A stretch of DNA of 64,000 nt from a virus (Duplodnaviria; Caudoviricetes). Positions 63,421-64,000 of the stretch are shown in pieces. Positions within the stretch are counted from its first letter, which is position 1; every line of letters begins with the position of its first letter. The position numbers and the translations under genes are program-made. The notes beneath the pieces are model-generated. The model ran no database searches, was not told the DNA's origin, and worked only from the letters and a program-made list of their open reading frames with translations. Location of the stretch: positions 5,931-69,930 of the IMG/VR virus record IMGVR_UViG_3300031996_000004, one strand, 5' to 3'.

Positions 63421-63764
63421 TCACCCCAGACAAGGACGGACGATTCGTGGTCGTACAGCAGAGCATCACCGAGTCAGAGATCAAGCACCGGCTGGGCTAC
63501 CACCGGGCTACCTTCCCCAAGGACTACGACTTCGCCAGCGGCTCCCCGCTGTCCGAGCACTATGGCGAGCCGGACGAGAACGGCCGCACCGCCACAGCGC
63601 CGGCACACGCGGTGCTGCGCGAGGCGTACATCCACCTGGCCAACCTGGTCGTCAAGGTCGCGCCAGGAGGGCGCGAGCAGTCGCTCGCGCTCACTGCCCT
63701 GCAGGAGTCCCTGATGTGGGCCAACGCCGGGGTCGCCATGCGCGCCCCGCTGATCGAGGAGTGA
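63417..63764 (+). CDS. Acb2/Tad1-like helical hairpin protein (putative immune-signal sponge)
   Basis: GTGA overlap; RLGYH...AHAVLR...APGGREQSLALTALQESLMWANAGVA. Confidence 0.65.
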   Translation: MITPDKDGRFVVVQQSITESEIKHRLGYHRATFPKDYDFASGSPLSEHYGEPDENGRTATAPAHAVLREAYIHLANLVVKVAPGGREQSLALTALQESLMWANAGVAMRAPLIEE

Positions 63765-63773
63765 GGAAGTGCG

Positions 63774-64000
63774 ATGTCCAAGAAGGACTACCCCGTCTCC
63801 GAGGATGAGCTGAACGCCGGCATCGAGGCACTGCTGGAAAGCGAGCGCTCGGGGCTGTTCTTCGGACCGACTGATGACCAGCGTGTGCACGCGGTGCTCA
63901 ACGCCGTGCTGCCCAGCGTGACTGAGCGCGTGGCGGCCGAGGCCGTCCAGGACGCGGCCATCATGATCACCGCCATCACCATGGCATCCGGTGGCCGCCT
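63774..64000 (+). CDS. Partial hypothetical protein (3'-truncated)
   Basis: MSKKDYPVSEDEL...; RBS gagg; runs off the window. Confidence 0.55.
   Translation, partial: MSKKDYPVSEDELNAGIEALLESERSGLFFGPTDDQRVHAVLNAVLPSVTERVAAEAVQDAAIMITAITMASGGR

Noticed and set aside
1-64000. tRNA genes, integrase/att site, host flanking DNA
   Set aside because: No cloverleaf/T-loop signature, tyrosine or serine recombinase, or bacterial housekeeping genes were recognised. They could lie outside the window.

Overview
The window is most of the genome of a high-GC tailed dsDNA phage with siphovirus-type architecture. The host is probably an actinobacterium (inferred from GC content, codon style, the amidase endolysin and protein families). 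A minus-strand late operon runs from ~48.1 kb to 2.8 kb: SNase-like nuclease, HNH, papain-like peptidase, large terminase, lysis cassette, portal, expanded head module, capsid, neck, tail, tape measure and tail tip/RBP. A plus-strand early/replication block runs from 48.3 kb to 64 kb: many small ORFs, a palindrome-rich non-coding gap, DnaB helicase, Toprim primase, SSB, DnaE-type polymerase and an Acb2/Tad1-like protein. Similar plus-strand genes at 1-2.7 kb suggest a circularly permuted assembly. I saw no integrase, repressor, tRNA or CRISPR array. The most unusual part is the ~13 kb between portal and capsid (25.4-38.8 kb). It encodes an XkdF-like prohead protease, a scaffold and seven further ORFs; most of these proteins are punctuated by a recurring [VIFL]-[SAG]-K motif. 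In the smaller ORFs the motif delimits Arg-rich, Gly/Ala-helix peptides; in the two large ORFs it delimits domains that begin with an RDxxGxF motif. My hypothesis is a protease-processed, capsid-packaged polyprotein cargo system. All family assignments come from reading motifs by eye; no database searches were run.
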